Shown here: positions 13,982 to 15,509 of the stretch, in pieces
Layout: each line of letters starts with the position of its first letter
Numbering within the stretch: the first letter of the stretch is position 1
Source of the DNA: Armatimonadota bacterium
Lineage (GTDB): Bacteria; Armatimonadota; UBA5829; DTLH01
Length of the DNA: 15,509 bases
Reading direction: 5' to 3'
Assembly: GCA_039680575.1 (NCBI GenBank)
Contig: JBDKSP010000018.1
Location: 1 to 15,509, forward strand
Notes under the pieces: model-generated
Databases searched by the model: none
Told to the model about the DNA's origin: nothing
What the model saw: only the letters and a program-made list of their open reading frames with translations
Position numbers and translations under genes: made by a program

Positions 13982-14998
13982 GTGAAAGACAAAAGACTTG
14001 CCTATCTGGCGTTGAGCTGTGCCGGGTATATAGCAATCTGGCTCGCCGTGCCGCACTTGGGGGTCTTTGGACACCCTGTGATGATGCTCTTCTTTGTCGC
14101 GGTCTTTATGCTTGCGCAGCTTTCGATCACCAGGTGGTTTACAAGCCTCAGGTTAGGTCCCGTCTGGGCTGCAGTCGTAATGCTGGCTGCGTTCTCTGCA
14201 ACCCTTGCGATCATGCTCTTTGTAAGCGCGCCGTATGTGCGCTATGTGACCAAAGACGGCCCGCTTCCCCCGATAAAGATGAGACCCGGAGTCAAGCCCG
14301 CCTCTACTATAGAGATAACCTTGAAACCCTCGCCAAATGCGAAGGATGGAACACCGAAGCATGGGGGCAAAAAGATAACCGCTGTCCGAAAACCCGCCGA
14401 CATCGGGTTCAAATTGACGGCCTTCGGCTATTTCGCGGGAAAATCGAGAGCAACAACAGGGCTTCTGATCGTCATCGGAGCATCGGCGCTGGGGGTTCTG
14501 GTATCACTCATTCTTAAGCATCCAAACATCATCCTGCCAGTGGCAGTATTTTCCGCGATGATCGATGTCTGGACGGTTTTGACAGGCCCGACGGCTAAAG
14601 CCGTGGCGAATGCACCAAAATTAGTCGAAGCAGTGTCCGTCGCGCTGCCGGCTCCTGGTGGGAGTTACGCCCCCATATCGTTTATAGGTCCCGCCGATGT
14701 TATCTTCTTTGCAATGTTTATGTCCGCGCTCTACAAGCTGGGGATGGAACCGAAGCGAACATTTTGGATCGCGGTTCCGCTGCTCACGCTTGGAATGACT
14801 GCTGTCATACTGAGCGGGAGCATTCCACTTCTGGGATTCCTGTTTCCGGGGCTTCCGGCACTTACCTTGATAGGCTCTGCGGTGATTCTGGGGAACCTGA
14901 AGCACTTCAAACTGAGCAGACAGGAATATGTATCCGTCGGAATAGTTATGGCTATACTGATAGTTATTACAACTATAGTGACTTTTTTCATCAGGTAG
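13982..14998 (+). CDS. Multi-pass membrane protein, presenilin/signal-peptide-peptidase-like (A22-type) aspartyl protease candidate
   Basis: About 9 TM helices; two membrane-embedded Asp in MIDVWTV (D195) and FIGPADVIF (D239), then LPAL (P292-L294), the YD / GxGD / PAL order of presenilin and SPP. Confidence 0.7.
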   Translation: MKDKRLAYLALSCAGYIAIWLAVPHLGVFGHPVMMLFFVAVFMLAQLSITRWFTSLRLGPVWAAVVMLAAFSATLAIMLFVSAPYVRYVTKDGPLPPIKMRPGVKPASTIEITLKPSPNAKDGTPKHGGKKITAVRKPADIGFKLTAFGYFAGKSRATTGLLIVIGASALGVLVSLILKHPNIILPVAVFSAMIDVWTVLTGPTAKAVANAPKLVEAVSVALPAPGGSYAPISFIGPADVIFFAMFMSALYKLGMEPKRTFWIAVPLLTLGMTAVILSGSIPLLGFLFPGLPALTLIGSAVILGNLKHFKLSRQEYVSVGIVMAILIVITTIVTFFIR

Positions 14999-14999
14999 C

Positions 15000-15028
15000 T
15001 TGCGAAGAAAGCGCTAATATGGTATATT
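15000..15028 (+). promoter_or_regulatory. Sigma70-type promoter of the tRNA gene
   Basis: TTGCGA, 17 bp, TATATT with an extended TG. Confidence 0.65.
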
Positions 15029-15041
15029 CTACACGTAAGGA

Positions 15042-15116
15042 GGGCCCATAGCTCAGCGGTAGAGCGGCCGGCTCATAACCGGTTGGTCCCTGGTTCGAAT
15101 CCGGGTGGGCCCACCA
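15042..15116 (+). tRNA. tRNA with CAT anticodon, most likely tRNA-Ile2 (lysidine-modified, reads AUA)
   Basis: Acceptor stem GGGCCCA/TGGGCCC, discriminator A, encoded CCA, anticodon loop CTCATAA (CAT 15074-15076), TTCGAAT T-loop. G1-C72 pairing excludes the initiator tRNA; acceptor stem and CTCATAA context resemble Ile2. Confidence 0.9.
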
Positions 15117-15167
15117 CGAACTCCCTCATCACTTAATTCCACGCTCAAAGTAACCACAAGGCGCATC

Positions 15168-15238
15168 GAACCATGTGGTTTAGGAAATTCTCACAAAACC
15201 ACCTGGTTTAGCCAAAACACTGCAAACCCACATGGTTC
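15168..15238. repeat. Three AACCA-NN-TGGTT palindromic boxes at 28-29 bp period
   Basis: AACCATGTGGTT 15169-15180, AACCACCTGGTT 15197-15208, ACCCACATGGTT 15226-15237. Confidence 0.7.
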
Positions 15239-15364
15239 CTGCTCAATGCAGTAATGCATCCACTACCACGCTACGCTACTGGGAATGGTGACTCCTTCCC
15301 GTAATAGTTCACTCTTGTAAGAATTATATATTATCCTGAACAGCTAACTCGTCATTATGGAAGG

Positions 15365-15500
15365 ACGTCACCCTGGACGGCAAACACGTCACCCTGAACT
15401 AATCGCGCCTACGGCGCGGCACGCTCCGCGTGAATCCACCACAGCGGGTACATAATGCCAGGACAGGATTGACACTGAAAAGTCGCCGGTTGTCCTGGCA
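15365..15500. repeat. Cluster of short direct and inverted repeats
   Basis: ACGTCACCCTG x2 (15365, 15386); CGCGCC-TAC-GGCGCG (15404-15418); CACGC-TCC-GCGTG (15420-15432); TGCCAGGACA-N25-TGTCCTGGCA (15456-15500). Confidence 0.65.
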
Positions 15501-15509
15501 GCCCCGGAT

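Noticed and set aside
13840..14517. 225-aa plus-strand ORF
   Set aside because: Starts upstream of the predicted promoter and overlaps the membrane protein out of frame.
15042..15116. tRNA-Met (initiator or elongator) assignment
   Set aside because: No C1-A72 mismatch or GGG/CCC anticodon stem of the initiator; overall pattern favours Ile2, though elongator Met is not fully excluded without an isotype model.
15168..15238. Mini CRISPR array
   Set aside because: 12-bp degenerate units with 16-17 nt spacers are too short, and there are no cas genes in the window.

Overview
Bacterial chromosomal window of moderate GC with AT-richer patches at about 1-1130, 6150-7140 and 10650-11200. The gene content (PEP-CTERM protein, orphan pilT paralogue, RHS debris) would fit Armatimonadota or a similar lineage, but that is inference only. 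From left to right: a decayed RHS/immunity-like cassette (-); a two-gene putative Mg2+ uptake operon made of a stand-alone PRC/MgtE-N/CBS protein and an NRAMP-related (NRMT-type) transporter (-); a divergent operon of a secreted/anchored protein plus a PilT-family ATPase (+); a small ORF and a sigma54-driven PEP-CTERM protein (-); a PLP aminotransferase plus a fused transketolase behind a structured ~120-nt leader (+); a PH-like membrane protein (+); a three-gene operon of an ANTAR response regulator, a GAF-GAF HisKA_2 kinase and a small 4-Cys protein (-); a presenilin/SPP-like intramembrane aspartyl protease candidate (+); and tRNA-Ile2(CAT) followed by repeat-rich DNA. Best leads: (1) the ANTAR/kinase/4-Cys operon, whose kinase has a non-canonical G1 box, with a candidate ANTAR-loop four-way-junction leader upstream of the aminotransferase-transketolase operon; (2) a bacterial presenilin-like protease with a GPAD motif; (3) a split Mg transporter whose membrane subunit appears to lack a canonical start codon. 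No database search or folding computation was run.
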